A stretch of DNA of 64,000 nt from an uncultured Actinomycetes bacterium. GTDB taxonomy: Bacteria > Actinomycetota > Coriobacteriia > Anaerosomatales > PHET01. A program made the position numbers and the translations under genes. Below, piece by piece: positions 17,225 through 27,480 of this stretch (within the stretch, counting starts at the first letter, position 1; each line of letters opens with the position of its first letter). The stretch is taken from positions 205,242 to 269,241 of the forward strand of contig CAVYQS010000005.1 of the NCBI GenBank assembly GCA_963770765.1, in the 5' to 3' direction. The notes beneath the pieces were generated by a model. It had not been told where the DNA came from. It ran no database searches and was given only the letters and a program-made list of their open reading frames with translations.

Positions 17225-17629
17225 CTACAGGTCGCCGAGCAGCCCGACCACGTCGATCTCGCACGCGGCGGTGAGCACGACCGACACGGTGTCCGCGCCC
17301 TCGACCGAGGTGGCGAAGACCTGTCCCACATTGATGCCATGATCGGCGAGCTTGCGGGCGATCGCCGCGAGTTCGCCCGGCGTGTCGGGGACCTCGGCCA
17401 CGACGACCGACTGCATGTCGAGCTCGCCACCCAGCGGGGTCAGCGCCTCGAACGCCAGCTTGTTGTTGCTGGTGATCATGAGGAACTCGCCGTTGTCGCC
17501 CTTGTCGTAGGCGCCGATCGCGATCAGATTCACGCCCGCGTCGTGGAGCGCTTCGGTGACATCTGCGAGCAGGCCCACGCGTGTGGGCGCCTTGAAGATG
17601 ATCTCGTTGCGGATCTGGACCTTGGCCAT
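17225..17629 (-). CDS. ACT domain-containing protein (tandem ACT)
   Basis: MAKVQIRNEIIFKAPTRVGLLADVTEALHDAGVNLIAI.. and VVAEVPDTPGELAAIARKLADHGINV. Confidence 0.8.
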   Translation of the reverse strand: MAKVQIRNEIIFKAPTRVGLLADVTEALHDAGVNLIAIGAYDKGDNGEFLMITSNNKLAFEALTPLGGELDMQSVVVAEVPDTPGELAAIARKLADHGINVGQVFATSVEGADTVSVVLTAACEIDVVGLLGDL

Positions 17630-17876
17630 GGTGCGCCTCCCGGTGCGTCGATGTGTCACAAGTTCATACCGCCAGGCGCGCAGCGCGAATCGCCGCAGAG
17701 GAAAGGTCAGGTGAGCACCCGGTCGGCTTCGTCGGGCCGGTCGCATACTGCGGCTCCGCCGACGTATACTCTGCAGCTGAGGGCGTTGCGGGGGCGGCGT
17801 GGGGTGCGGGTGGATCGTGCGCAGCCGGGCCCGTACCACCGCGAACCGTAGACCCGCGGTCAGCCGGGGAGGGCGA

Positions 17877-19133
17877 TTGAGCACACGTTCGACCGAGCGC
17901 CGCGACCTGCTCCCGTTCCTCGCGCTTGAAGCCGCCACGTTGATCTCCGGAACCGGCAATGGTGTCGCGTCGATCGCGCTGCCGTGGCTCACGTTGCAGC
18001 TCACCGGCGATCCGGCCGCCGCGGGACTGGTGGCCGCGGCCGGTGCGATTCCGACGTTGATCGCGTCACTGGTGAGCGGCGTCCTGATCGACCGGCTGGG
18101 GCGACAGCGGACGAGCGTCGGATCCGACGTCTTCTCGGCGATCTCCGCGGCGATGATCCCGATCATGGGTCTGCTGGGCATCCTCACCTACCCGCTGCTG
18201 CTGGTCGCTGCCGTCGTTGGCGCCGTGTTCGACCCGGTGGGGGTCACCGCGCGAGAGGCGATGCTGCCAGATGTCGCGAAACGAGCACGGCTCGAGCTCG
18301 AGCGCGTCAACGGCGTGCACGAGGCGGTCTGGGGACTCGCGTGGCTCATCGGTCCGGGTATGGCCGGCCTGCTGATCGCATCGGTGGGCGCCACGTCGTC
18401 GTTCTGGGCGATGTTCGCCGGTTTCGTGGTCTCGGCGGTTCTCGTGGGCAGCGCGTGCATGCCTACGCCGCCGGTCCACGACAGCGACCAGCACTGGTTC
18501 ACCGACGCCCTCGACGGTGCCCGGCTGGTGATACGCGAGCCCGCCATCCGCTCGACCACGGTGCTCTCCACGATCTCGTTCGCGCTCTCGTACTCGGTCA
18601 TCGCCGTGGTGCTCCCCGTCGTCTACCAGGGCCTCGACAAGCCCAAAGAGCTGGGGCTGCTGTTCATGATCTTCTCGGCGGGCGGGGTGCTGGGGGCGCT
18701 CGTCTACAGCGCGGTGGGCACGCGGCTTCCCCGTCGACCGGTGTTCGTTGCCGGTCTGTTCGCTGCGGCCGCGGTCGCCGGTGTCTTCGCCTACGAACCC
18801 GACTACTGGATCCAGCTTCTCGCAATGGCGGCGGGAGGTTTCATGACCGGGCCGGTGAACCCGATCGTCAACGTCGTGCTCCAGGAACGCACCGCCGAGG
18901 AGATACGGGGGCGTGCGCTGTCGATGGTCTTCGCCTTCGCGTACGCGCTCTTCCCGCTGGGCTACGTAGCCGCCGGCTTCATGGTCAAAGGGCTGGGAGC
19001 GAATCAGACGTTCTCCATCATGGCGGCGGGCTCGGTCGTGGTGGCCGTCTGGGCGATGCTCACTCCGGCTCTGCGGGGGATGAACGCGCCGCCCATGCAG
19101 CCACCAACCGACATCACTCCTCAGGAAGGCTGA
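17877..19133 (+). CDS. MFS transporter
   Basis: 12-TM pattern with DRLGRQR loop motif. TTG start after GGGGAGGG. Confidence 0.85.
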   Translation: MSTRSTERRDLLPFLALEAATLISGTGNGVASIALPWLTLQLTGDPAAAGLVAAAGAIPTLIASLVSGVLIDRLGRQRTSVGSDVFSAISAAMIPIMGLLGILTYPLLLVAAVVGAVFDPVGVTAREAMLPDVAKRARLELERVNGVHEAVWGLAWLIGPGMAGLLIASVGATSSFWAMFAGFVVSAVLVGSACMPTPPVHDSDQHWFTDALDGARLVIREPAIRSTTVLSTISFALSYSVIAVVLPVVYQGLDKPKELGLLFMIFSAGGVLGALVYSAVGTRLPRRPVFVAGLFAAAAVAGVFAYEPDYWIQLLAMAAGGFMTGPVNPIVNVVLQERTAEEIRGRALSMVFAFAYALFPLGYVAAGFMVKGLGANQTFSIMAAGSVVVAVWAMLTPALRGMNAPPMQPPTDITPQEG

Positions 19134-19710
19134 GATCAGCCTGTCCTGACTCCTCTCCTGTGAGCGCTTCGACGACCTCGTCGACCCGGTGCCCCTCGAC
19201 GCTCTCATCGATCGCTGTGAAGCGCACGCCGAGCGGCTCGAGCAACTCTTGGAGTATCTCGATGTGTACGCCGGGTTGGGGCGACGTGCGTACGTCGCTC
19301 ACAGCGGCGGCCCACTCCTCGGGCGAGTACTCACCGCCCCACTCTCCCACGGCGGAGGTGGTGACACCGCAGGTGGGCGAGCCGTCGACGCCCACGACCC
19401 CGAGGATGTCGTAGCCGCAGCGCTGGTACTCCCTGACCTGCTCGGCGGTCTGCTCGGAGAGCTCGCGGCAGTGCTCGGTGAAGGCGACAGACTCGTACTG
19501 CTCGCGTGTCTGGCCCCAGCGGCGCATGCCCAGAGCGGTCATCTCGGCGCACGGCATCTGTATCACGCCGATGCCCAGTCCGGCCAAGCGGCCCACCAGC
19601 GGGTGAATGCCGGCGTACTGAGAGAGCCCTTCGACCTTGGAGTTCGCGTTCACGATGCAGTGGCACACCACCACGACCTTGCGACCACGCGCGTCGACGG
19701 GGAGCATCAT
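19114..19710 (-). CDS. DUF523/TudS-related putative desulfidase
   Basis: VVVVCHCIVNANSKV.., QMPCAEM.., GSPTCGV cysteine pattern. Confidence 0.55.
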   Translation of the reverse strand: MMLPVDARGRKVVVVCHCIVNANSKVEGLSQYAGIHPLVGRLAGLGIGVIQMPCAEMTALGMRRWGQTREQYESVAFTEHCRELSEQTAEQVREYQRCGYDILGVVGVDGSPTCGVTTSAVGEWGGEYSPEEWAAAVSDVRTSPQPGVHIEILQELLEPLGVRFTAIDESVEGHRVDEVVEALTGEESGQADLSLPEE

Positions 19711-20117
19711 CAGGCCACCGCCGCGTCCACTATCGCGGTCACGCCCGACTCCGAGCCTGCCGGGGCATCGCCGAAGTCGGTGTCGGGGAACAGCCCGGCG
19801 ACGTAGCTGGCGCGCAGCACAGCCACCTCGACGCCGTCGCCGTCCTCGCGCACGACGACCGGGCAGGGGAGATGAAGCGCGAGATGCGGATTTGCGGCGA
19901 CCATAGAGGTTGCGAACTTCGAGTGGCAGATCTCGACGATCGTGAGCCCGCGGTCCCAGTCGAAGCCCTTGCTCACGAAGCGTGCCTTCATGTCGTGGAC
20001 CGCGAGCACGACCCAGCCTGCCTCGGCCGCACCATTCCGAAGTGCCTCGACGGTCTCGGCGAGCGACGCGCTCGACCGTCTGACGTACGCCATCTCAGAC
20101 ATAGTGACTCCTCCCAA
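19710..20117 (-). CDS. DUF302 domain protein
   Basis: 135 aa with a DUF302-like core (VLAVHDMKARFVSKGFDWDRGLTIVEICHSKFA). Confidence 0.65.
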   Translation of the reverse strand: MGGVTMSEMAYVRRSSASLAETVEALRNGAAEAGWVVLAVHDMKARFVSKGFDWDRGLTIVEICHSKFATSMVAANPHLALHLPCPVVVREDGDGVEVAVLRASYVAGLFPDTDFGDAPAGSESGVTAIVDAAVA

Positions 20118-20243
20118 GGGGTGCAGTTTCGTAATGACGGGGATTCGTAGAAGACCTTATACAAACGATGCGTCTATGTTATACCCTACTCGCATACTGA
20201 TGGGCGGCGGCACCGTGCCGGGCCTCCTAGGGAAGGGCACTAC

Positions 20244-20825
20244 ATGAACAAGCGCATCGCTCTCGTCTTCGTACCGGTGGGCATCGGGATCAACATCGTG
20301 GGCGGTCTGCTCGCCAGCTCGCTGAAGTTGCCGGTCTTCCTCGACACGATCGGCACCATCCTCGCGGCCGCGATACTGGGTCCGTGGTGGGGCGCGCTCA
20401 CCGGCGGGCTCACAAACGTCATCATGTCGCTGCAGAACCCCATGGACATGTGGTTCGCGATCGTCAACATCGCGGTGGGTCTCATCGTCGGCTTCATCTC
20501 GATGAAGTTCGGCTTCCAGAAGTGGCTGGTCGTGCTCGTCACTGGTCTCATCATCGCTGTGGTCGCGCCGATCATCGGCACGACGATCGCGACGTACGTC
20601 TACGGTGGACTCACCGGTGGTGGCATCGACATCTTCACCGCGGGTCTGCTCAAGGCCGGCACCGACGTCTTCACCGCCGCGTTCATCCCTCGCGTCGGAT
20701 CGAACCTGGTGGACAAGGTACTTTCGGTGTTCGTCGTCTGGGGCATCATCATGGCTCTGCCCTCGAACCTGAAGGGCTACGCAGCCGGCCCGCAGGCCGA
20801 GCTCGCTGCACCGCCCGCCGAGTAG
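20244..20825 (+). CDS. ECF transporter S component
   Basis: LPVFLDTIGTILAAAILGPWWGALTGGLTNV. Followed by T and A-A' components. Confidence 0.8.
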   Translation: MNKRIALVFVPVGIGINIVGGLLASSLKLPVFLDTIGTILAAAILGPWWGALTGGLTNVIMSLQNPMDMWFAIVNIAVGLIVGFISMKFGFQKWLVVLVTGLIIAVVAPIIGTTIATYVYGGLTGGGIDIFTAGLLKAGTDVFTAAFIPRVGSNLVDKVLSVFVVWGIIMALPSNLKGYAAGPQAELAAPPAE

Positions 20826-20832
20826 CACTCGC

Positions 20833-21603
20833 GTGACCGACCATGTCGCAGATGGGCTCCCGGCCTTCGAGTCGGGAGCCCTGCCTGCTCCGGTGGGCCT
20901 ATCGACTGTGCCCGTGGGGCCACGGATGTTCCTCGCCCTGTGCGGACTCGTTGCGGTCGCGCTCACCGGCAGCATTCCGGGCCTCGCGATCCAGATCGGG
21001 GCGTTGCTCCTGGTCGCTGCCGTCGTCGGTCGGCTCGCGCCGATTCTCGCGAGCTGGAAGAGCGTGCTGTGGGTCTCGGTGTCGCTCGTCGTCGTCTACG
21101 CGTGGGCGTTTCCCGGATCCACCGACTACGTATGGATCTTCGGCGTTCAGAGCTTCTTCGCCGGGCTTCTCATCGCCGTCAGGCTCCTTGGCTTCGTCAC
21201 CGTGATGTACGGGCTGGTCATCCTCACAGGCCCCCTCGCCATCGTCGAGTGGGCGGGCGACGTGAACGAGGACCTGGGCATCATGGTGTCGCTCACGCTC
21301 AGCGTCGTACCGGTCATGAAGTTGCAGATGGACGCCACGCTCGCCGCGCAGACAGCTCGCGGTCTCAACACCAGCGGCAGCGTCGTGGCGAAGCTGCGAG
21401 CCTACATCGCCGTCATCATCCCGGTCGTCGTGAAGTCCCTGGTGCGGGCGTACGGCATGGCCGCGCTGCTGCATGTGCGTGGTTACGGTTCGGGCCGGCG
21501 GATCAAGCGACTTCGGGCGGTCACCGCGCCCATCGTGGCGACGTACGTCGTCGGTGTCGTGTGGGTAGTGGGGACGGCCGCGCTCAAGCTGGTGACGTCG
21601 TGA
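20833..21603 (+). CDS. Energy-coupling factor transporter transmembrane (EcfT/CbiQ) protein
   Basis: Polytopic, with the ARG..(TARGLN) coupling-helix motif. Position is between the S and A components. Confidence 0.8.
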   Translation: MTDHVADGLPAFESGALPAPVGLSTVPVGPRMFLALCGLVAVALTGSIPGLAIQIGALLLVAAVVGRLAPILASWKSVLWVSVSLVVVYAWAFPGSTDYVWIFGVQSFFAGLLIAVRLLGFVTVMYGLVILTGPLAIVEWAGDVNEDLGIMVSLTLSVVPVMKLQMDATLAAQTARGLNTSGSVVAKLRAYIAVIIPVVVKSLVRAYGMAALLHVRGYGSGRRIKRLRAVTAPIVATYVVGVVWVVGTAALKLVTS

Positions 21604-23021
21604 GCGGTTCGGGCGCGCGCATCGTTCTCGAGGGGCTGGGGCTCGCCTACAGCGGCTCCGGGGTGTGGGCGCTCGCGAACGTCTCGGGGACCGTCGAGCC
21701 CGGCGAGGAGTTGTGGGTCACGGGGGCCAACGCCGCAGGCAAGAGTTCGCTGATGCTCATGCTCGCGGGGGTCATCCCCGAAGTCATCGAGGCGACGATA
21801 GCCGGCCACGTCGAGGTGTCTGCAACCAACGGACGTTCGCCGGTCGTCTCGGCGGTACTCCAGGATTCCGGCGTCTATCTCTTCCGCACCGTCTACGACG
21901 AGATCGCATTCGTACTGCAGAATGCGGGCATCGAACCCCGACTCGTGCCCGAGGAGGTCGCCCAGGCGCTCCGTGTTGTGGGCATCGAGCAGCTCGAAGG
22001 CCGGCTCATGCACACGCTGTCCGGAGGCGAGCGGCAGAAGGTGGCGGTCTCGGCGGCGCTCGCCGTGGCCCCGGATGTCCTGCTGCTCGACGAACCGTTC
22101 GAGCAGCTCGACCCAGCATCGGCCGCCGAGGTGTTCGCGATCGCGCGCGGCCGCGCCGGAGATGGGCTCACCCTGGTGGTGGCCACCCGGCAAGGTGGCC
22201 GCGTGCCCGAGGAAGCGCGCGAGCTGCATCTCGTCGAAGGACGACTCGCCGCACGCGATGTCGGACCCGTTCGCGCCTCCGCTCGTGTGCCGGTCGCGGA
22301 GCCCGGTGGACCTCTTCTCGAGCTCGAAGGCGTCACGCACCGCTACTCGGCGACGTGTGGCATCGAGGGCATCAGCATCGCGGTTCGAGCCGGCGAGTCC
22401 GTCGCGCTACTCGGTCCCAACGGGGCGGGGAAGACCACGCTGATGAAGCACGCCGACGGCCTGCTCCGGCCGCAGTCCGGGGTCGTGAGCGTGGCCGGAT
22501 CGGATATCGCCGAGCGTCCCGTGTGGGACGTGGCGCGCGACGTGGGGATGCTGTTCCAGAGTCCGGAAGACCAGATATTCAACCGAACCGTAGGCCGGGA
22601 GGTCGCGTGGGGTCTTCGAGCCCGAGGGGTCGACGAGCAGTCGGCCGACGCGGCGACCCTCGAGGTGCTTGAAGAGCTGGGGATCGCGAGCCTGGCGGGA
22701 GAGAATCCCCACGAGCTCACGGCGTCCCAGCGTCAGCTCGTCGCGTTCGCGTCGATACTCGTGGCCGCCCCCCGGCTCTACGTGCTCGACGAGCCCACGA
22801 AGGCGCTCGATGCCCGCGCGGCCGAGATCGTGGCGGGCGCGGTCGACCGGAGGCTGGCGGCCGGAGCGGGAGTGCTGCTGGTGACTCACGACCTCGACTT
22901 CGCACGGCGTCTCGCCGATCGTGTCGTGGTCCTGGTCGACGGCGAGGTCGTCTGGCAGGGCGCCACCGAGCAGCTGCTGGCCGACCGCGATCTGCTCGAG
23001 ACGGCACGGTTGCTCGACTAG
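21600..23021 (+). CDS. ECF transporter ATPase, fused duplicated ABC domains
   Basis: Two Walker A motifs (GANAAGKSS, GPNGAGKTT), two signatures (LSGGERQK, LTASQRQL), two Walker B motifs. The GTG start overlaps the ecfT stop. Confidence 0.9.
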   Translation: MSGSGARIVLEGLGLAYSGSGVWALANVSGTVEPGEELWVTGANAAGKSSLMLMLAGVIPEVIEATIAGHVEVSATNGRSPVVSAVLQDSGVYLFRTVYDEIAFVLQNAGIEPRLVPEEVAQALRVVGIEQLEGRLMHTLSGGERQKVAVSAALAVAPDVLLLDEPFEQLDPASAAEVFAIARGRAGDGLTLVVATRQGGRVPEEARELHLVEGRLAARDVGPVRASARVPVAEPGGPLLELEGVTHRYSATCGIEGISIAVRAGESVALLGPNGAGKTTLMKHADGLLRPQSGVVSVAGSDIAERPVWDVARDVGMLFQSPEDQIFNRTVGREVAWGLRARGVDEQSADAATLEVLEELGIASLAGENPHELTASQRQLVAFASILVAAPRLYVLDEPTKALDARAAEIVAGAVDRRLAAGAGVLLVTHDLDFARRLADRVVVLVDGEVVWQGATEQLLADRDLLETARLLD

Positions 23022-23117
23022 CACGGCCGCTGAGGTCGTCGGGCGGGCACTCGAAGCCCCGGTTTCGCTTCGCTCTCAGGTACCATCGGAGCCGAGGTCG
23101 CTTCCGAGGGGAACCCG

Positions 23118-25088
23118 ATGCCATCCGTCCTGCTCGACATCACGGTCATCTTCGCGCTCGCCGTTCTGGCATCCGTGATCTGCCACCGGCTGGGTCTGCC
23201 CTCGTCGATCGGCCTGCTGCTCGCGGGCGTGCTCGCGGGCCCCGATGCACTGGGACTGGTGCGAAACGCCCACCAGATCGAGCTGCTCTCCGAGATCGGT
23301 GTCGTGCTGCTCTTGTTCGTCATCGGGCTCGAGTTCTCGCTCGCCGACCTCTCGCATCTCAAGCGGCAGTTCCTCGTGGGCGGATCGATCCAGTTCTTCG
23401 GCACCGCGCTCGTGGTGGGTGTCGGCACCGTGATGATGGGTTCGACGGTCCAGCAGGGTCTCTACATCGGCTTCATCGTCGCGCTTTCGAGCACCGCGAT
23501 CGTGCTGAAGATGCTCCAGGAGCGTGCCGAACTCGACGCGCCGCACGGGCGGATGGTACTCGCCACCCTGATCTACCAGGACATCGCTGTGGTTCCGGTC
23601 ATGCTCATGGCCCCGCTGCTCGCCGGATCGAACGGGGGCGAGTCCGGTACCGGTGCCGTTCTCGGCCTGGTGGTCCGCGTCGTCGCGGTGGCTCTGTTCG
23701 CCTTCGTCGCCTATCGCTGGGCGGTGCCGTGGCTGCTCGAGCGCATCACGCGCACCCGCAGCTCGGAGGCGTTCCTGCTGGGCGTCATCGCGCTCTGCGC
23801 GGGCATCGCCCTTCTCACGCAGTCGATGGGCCTCTCGCTCGCGCTGGGAGCCTTCCTCGCCGGCCTGATCATCTCGGAGTCCGACTACTCGCATCAGGCC
23901 GTGACGGTGGTCATGCCGTTCCGCGACGTCTTCATCAGCCTGTTCTTCGTTTCGATCGGCATGCTGCTCGACATCGACTACTTCCTCGCGAACCCCGCTC
24001 GGATCGCGTTGCTCACCGCCGGCATCCTGATCATCAAGCCGGTCGTGGCGACCGCCGGCGGCCTCGCGCTGGGGCTGCCTTTGCGCGCGGCAGTGCTCGC
24101 GGGTCTGGCGCTCGCGCAGGTAGGGGAGTTCTCGCTGGTTGCGGCGCAGGCCGGAGTCACCGCGGGGCTGTTTGGCAGTGAGGTCTTCCAGACGGTCCTC
24201 GACACCGCCGTGCTGAGCATGTTGCTCACCCCGGCGATGGTGGCGATCGGTCCCTCCTGCGCCGACGCCCTGTGCAAGACCCCGCTTGTCCGGCTCGAGC
24301 GCGGCGGGTTCTCCTCGGCCAGAGTGGGAGCTGCCCACGAGTACGCCGGGCACGTGCTGATCGTGGGCTTCGGGGTCACCGGCCGAAATGTAGCGCGCAC
24401 CGCCCGGCTCGCCGGCGTCTCCTACGCGATCCTCGAACTCAACGCCGGCACGGTGAAGGAGGCCTTGCTCGCGGGGGAGCCCATCCACTACGGCGATGCG
24501 ACGCACGAGGAGATCCTGCACCACGTCGATGCCGAGAAGGCCCGCGCGATCGTGGTCGTCATCGATGATCCTCCCGCGGCGAGGCGCGTCGTCGAACTGG
24601 CCCGGCGGATCGCTCCCGACGCCTTCGTCCTCGTGCGCAGCCGCTACCTGCGCGAGGTCGAACCCCTACTTGCGCTGGGAGCCGATGAGGTCATCGCCGA
24701 TGAGCTCGAGGTCTCGATCGAGGTGTTCTCGCGGGTGCTCGCCCGCATGCTCGTGCCGCGCGAGGACATCAAGCGGCTCATCGGAGACGTGCGCGGCGAC
24801 TGGCGGCGCATGGCCCGCTCCTTTGCGACCGATGCGACATCGGTGCCCGACCTGCGCGTCAACCTGCCTGACCTCACGACTCACACGCTGAGGCTATCCG
24901 GCTCGTCGAAGCTCGTGGGCCGTTCAGTCGCGGAAAGCGGGCTGCGGACCGATCACGGCGTCACGGTGCTCGCGGTCACGCGCGGCGACGAGACGATCGG
25001 CAACCCGCGTGGCGCGCTGGTCTTCGAGCCCGGAGACGTGCTGTTCGTTGTGGGTCCGATGGAGTGGGAGCCCGGGTCGGTCGCCTGA
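23118..25088 (+). CDS. CPA2 family monovalent cation:proton antiporter with RCK (TrkA-N/TrkA-C) domains
   Basis: Kef-like membrane domain, followed by HVLIVGFGVTGRNVA Rossmann motif and a TrkA-C-like C-terminus. Confidence 0.9.
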   Translation: MPSVLLDITVIFALAVLASVICHRLGLPSSIGLLLAGVLAGPDALGLVRNAHQIELLSEIGVVLLLFVIGLEFSLADLSHLKRQFLVGGSIQFFGTALVVGVGTVMMGSTVQQGLYIGFIVALSSTAIVLKMLQERAELDAPHGRMVLATLIYQDIAVVPVMLMAPLLAGSNGGESGTGAVLGLVVRVVAVALFAFVAYRWAVPWLLERITRTRSSEAFLLGVIALCAGIALLTQSMGLSLALGAFLAGLIISESDYSHQAVTVVMPFRDVFISLFFVSIGMLLDIDYFLANPARIALLTAGILIIKPVVATAGGLALGLPLRAAVLAGLALAQVGEFSLVAAQAGVTAGLFGSEVFQTVLDTAVLSMLLTPAMVAIGPSCADALCKTPLVRLERGGFSSARVGAAHEYAGHVLIVGFGVTGRNVARTARLAGVSYAILELNAGTVKEALLAGEPIHYGDATHEEILHHVDAEKARAIVVVIDDPPAARRVVELARRIAPDAFVLVRSRYLREVEPLLALGADEVIADELEVSIEVFSRVLARMLVPREDIKRLIGDVRGDWRRMARSFATDATSVPDLRVNLPDLTTHTLRLSGSSKLVGRSVAESGLRTDHGVTVLAVTRGDETIGNPRGALVFEPGDVLFVVGPMEWEPGSVA

Positions 25089-25160
25089 GGATGCGGTCGT
25101 GCGCGCTTCTCGGCTCGCGGCTATCATTCAGAAACACAGCAAGCGGATAAGGAGCTGATC

Positions 25161-25439
25161 ATGGTCAAAGCACAGGCGCGGCACATCCTCGTCTCCACCG
25201 AGGACGAAGCGGTCGACCTCAAGAACCAGATCGCCGAGGGCGCCGACTTCGGGCAGATGGCGCGCGAGCACTCGCAGTGCCCCTCGGGCAAGAGCGGCGG
25301 CGATCTGGGCGTCTTCTCGCCGGGGCAGATGGTCAAGGAGTTCAACGACGTGTGCTTCACCGATGAGGTCGGCGTGGTGCACGGTCCGGTGAAGACGCAG
25401 TTCGGCTACCACTTGATCGAGGTCACCAAGCGCGGCTAG
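25161..25439 (+). CDS. Parvulin-type peptidyl-prolyl isomerase (PpiC)
   Basis: ARHILV..CPSGKSGGDLGVFSPGQMVKEF..FGYHLIEV. Confidence 0.9.
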   Translation: MVKAQARHILVSTEDEAVDLKNQIAEGADFGQMAREHSQCPSGKSGGDLGVFSPGQMVKEFNDVCFTDEVGVVHGPVKTQFGYHLIEVTKRG

Positions 25440-25471
25440 CACGGGTGACCACAGCATTCTCGCGTAGAACA

Positions 25472-25497
25472 GAAGACCCCGCCGAGGCGGGGTCTTC
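25472..25497. terminator. Bidirectional intrinsic terminator between convergent genes
   Basis: GAAGACCCCGC-CGAG-GCGGGGTCTTC, an 11-bp perfect stem. Confidence 0.7.
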
Positions 25498-25527
25498 GCG
25501 CGTTCGTTGCAGGTGAGGCAGAGGTGC

Positions 25528-25914
25528 CTACGAGGCTTTGCCCTGATACTGAGCACTGCCGAAGGCGAGCATCGGGTAGAAGATGAAGCCGAGGAACAGC
25601 AGGCCCAGGAAGTACCCCATGCCCTTGCCGAACACCTTCGCGAGGTCATAGGTCACGATCAGCGCGATCACGAAGTTCACGAGGGGGATGAACAACAAGA
25701 TGAGCCACCAACCCGGACGGCCCACCACCTTGAGCAGCACGTAGTAGTTGTAGAGGGGGACGATCGCCGCCCAGCCGGGTTGGCCCGCCTTGCTGAAGAT
25801 CATCCACATGGCTGCGATGACGATGACGATATAGATCATCGCCACGAGCCCGTAGGTACCGGCGAACAGGCCGATCAAACCCTGGTTCGCTTGGTCGAGT
25901 GCGTCCGTCGACAT
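25528..25914 (-). CDS. DUF5684-like small membrane protein
   Basis: Start MSTDALDQ after GAAGGGGG. Sequence MWMIFSKAGQPGWAAIVPLYNYYVLLKVVGRPGWW. Confidence 0.65.
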   Translation of the reverse strand: MSTDALDQANQGLIGLFAGTYGLVAMIYIVIVIAAMWMIFSKAGQPGWAAIVPLYNYYVLLKVVGRPGWWLILLFIPLVNFVIALIVTYDLAKVFGKGMGYFLGLLFLGFIFYPMLAFGSAQYQGKAS

Positions 25915-26268
25915 CTGATTGCCCCCTTCAAGTCCCGGCTGAGGATACGATCCCGAGCCTACCGCCCCTGCGGAACCAGTGGACTCCCTTTTCCCGGGGC
26001 TGGCAACCCCTTCCTCCGGCGCCCGGAGTACGCCTGTCGGGGGCTGAATGTCTACGACTTCCATTACAAGCCTATAATAAAGAGACAACCTGTCTCCGGG
26101 TGAGAGGCCTCGGGACGGTTGAGATCCTCACTCGGAGGGGGTCCTGGAGCGGGCATCGCGTGAGGCAAAGCCTAATGCGCGCAGGCAAATCGTCCGAACT
26201 ATAGAGGGAGCCGCACGACGCGGCTCATCCAAAGACGCAAACGTGACGGACGGTTCGGCGCAAAGGGG

Positions 26269-27480
26269 GTGCGGGGGATGTCGGCAGTGACCAGGAGGGA
26301 CCGAGAGACCGATCTGGCCATGGGATTCGGCTCTCCCGAGTGCCCGGTCGACGTCACCGTCATCTTGCCGGCGCTCAACGAGAACGGCACCATCGAGGGC
26401 ATCTACAACCAGATGGTCAACGTGCTCGAGCCCATGGAACTGTCGTACGAGATCCTCTTCGTCGACGATGGGTCCACCGACGACACCTGGGAGCATATCG
26501 CCGCGGTTGTCGCGAAGGATAGCCGGGTGAGGGCGCTTCGCCATCGCCGCAACTACGGCAAGGCCAGTGCTCTGGCCAATGGATTCAGCTACGCACGTGG
26601 CGACATCATGGTCACATCCGACGCCGACATGCAGTACGACCCCGTCGACGTCGTCCGGCTGATCAACAAGGTGCGCGAGGGCTGGGACGTCGTGTCGGCC
26701 TACAAGGTGATCAGGCGCGACCCCCTGAACAAGCGGCTGCCCTCGAAGTTCTTCAACTTCTGGGTTCGCAGCACCACGGGTGTGGAGCTACACGACTTCA
26801 ACGCCGGCCTCAAAGCGTACCGTCAGGATGCGGCACGGGATCTGGTGCAGTACGGCTACGGTGAGCTCCACCGCTTCTTCATCCTGCTCGCGGCGCAGAT
26901 GGGCTACTCGGTGACCGAGGTTCCCGTTGAAAGCCTGCCGCGAACCGACGGAACGTCCAAGTACGGCGCGGAGCGCTATCTGCGCGGCGCGTTCGACTAC
27001 ATGACCGTCTACTTCCTGTCGGGTTACAAAGAGCGGCCGATGCACTTCTTGGGGACGGCAGGTCTCGTGCTGGGCGGAATAGGCACGGCCGTTCTGATCT
27101 ACCTGGGCTATCTGGCGCTCTTCGCCCAGCAGAGCCTCACGGGGCGGCCCTCACTCACCGTTGCGGTGCTGTTCATCCTGGCGGGCATCCAGTTCTTCGT
27201 CTTCGGACTGATGGCCGAGATGATCAACAACCTCGAGCGCGGCAGTGCGAGCCGCGCGAAGATATCGCAGGTGTTGGGCGTCGACCGCCGTACGAGCCCG
27301 CTGATCGCACCGCAGGTCCAGGTGGACCGCCGCCGGGCAGACCGCACGCTCGAGCCCGAGATGCAGCCGGAGCACATCCGCGACACGGTGGTGGCCGCTG
27401 CCCCGGTCGAGCCCGTGGTGCCGTTGGTCGCCCAACCCGTCGATCGCATCGAGGCGGACACGGAGCACAGCGGTATCTAG
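26269..27480 (+). CDS. GT2 polyprenol-phosphate glycosyltransferase (GtrB/DPM1-like) with C-terminal TM segments
   Basis: VTVILPALNE, LFVDDGSTDDT, SDADMQYDP. TM helices after residue ~270. Confidence 0.85.
   Translation: MRGMSAVTRRDRETDLAMGFGSPECPVDVTVILPALNENGTIEGIYNQMVNVLEPMELSYEILFVDDGSTDDTWEHIAAVVAKDSRVRALRHRRNYGKASALANGFSYARGDIMVTSDADMQYDPVDVVRLINKVREGWDVVSAYKVIRRDPLNKRLPSKFFNFWVRSTTGVELHDFNAGLKAYRQDAARDLVQYGYGELHRFFILLAAQMGYSVTEVPVESLPRTDGTSKYGAERYLRGAFDYMTVYFLSGYKERPMHFLGTAGLVLGGIGTAVLIYLGYLALFAQQSLTGRPSLTVAVLFILAGIQFFVFGLMAEMINNLERGSASRAKISQVLGVDRRTSPLIAPQVQVDRRRADRTLEPEMQPEHIRDTVVAAAPVEPVVPLVAQPVDRIEADTEHSGI

Noticed and set aside
20118-20243. Possible TPP riboswitch in the AT-rich leader of the ECF S-component gene (GGGGUGC.., UAUACCCU, CUGAU..UAGGGAA)
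   Set aside because: The near-invariant CUGAGA pyrimidine-sensor element is absent and I could not draw convincing P2/P3/P4 helices. The resemblance is limited to short strings. It is still worth a cmscan.
26160-26268. A second GEMM-like element suggested by four GCAAA boxes (AGGCAAAGCC, AGGCAAAUCG, GACGCAAACG, GGCGCAAAGG)
   Set aside because: The sequence between GGCAAA and GACGCAAA does not form the required hairpin flush against the conserved boxes, and there is no AGCC..UUGCCGA 3' element.
27477-27480. Convergent GT2 and GNAT genes sharing a palindromic CTAG as both stop codons
   Set aside because: It is real in the sequence but most likely incidental tight packing. I see no functional implication.
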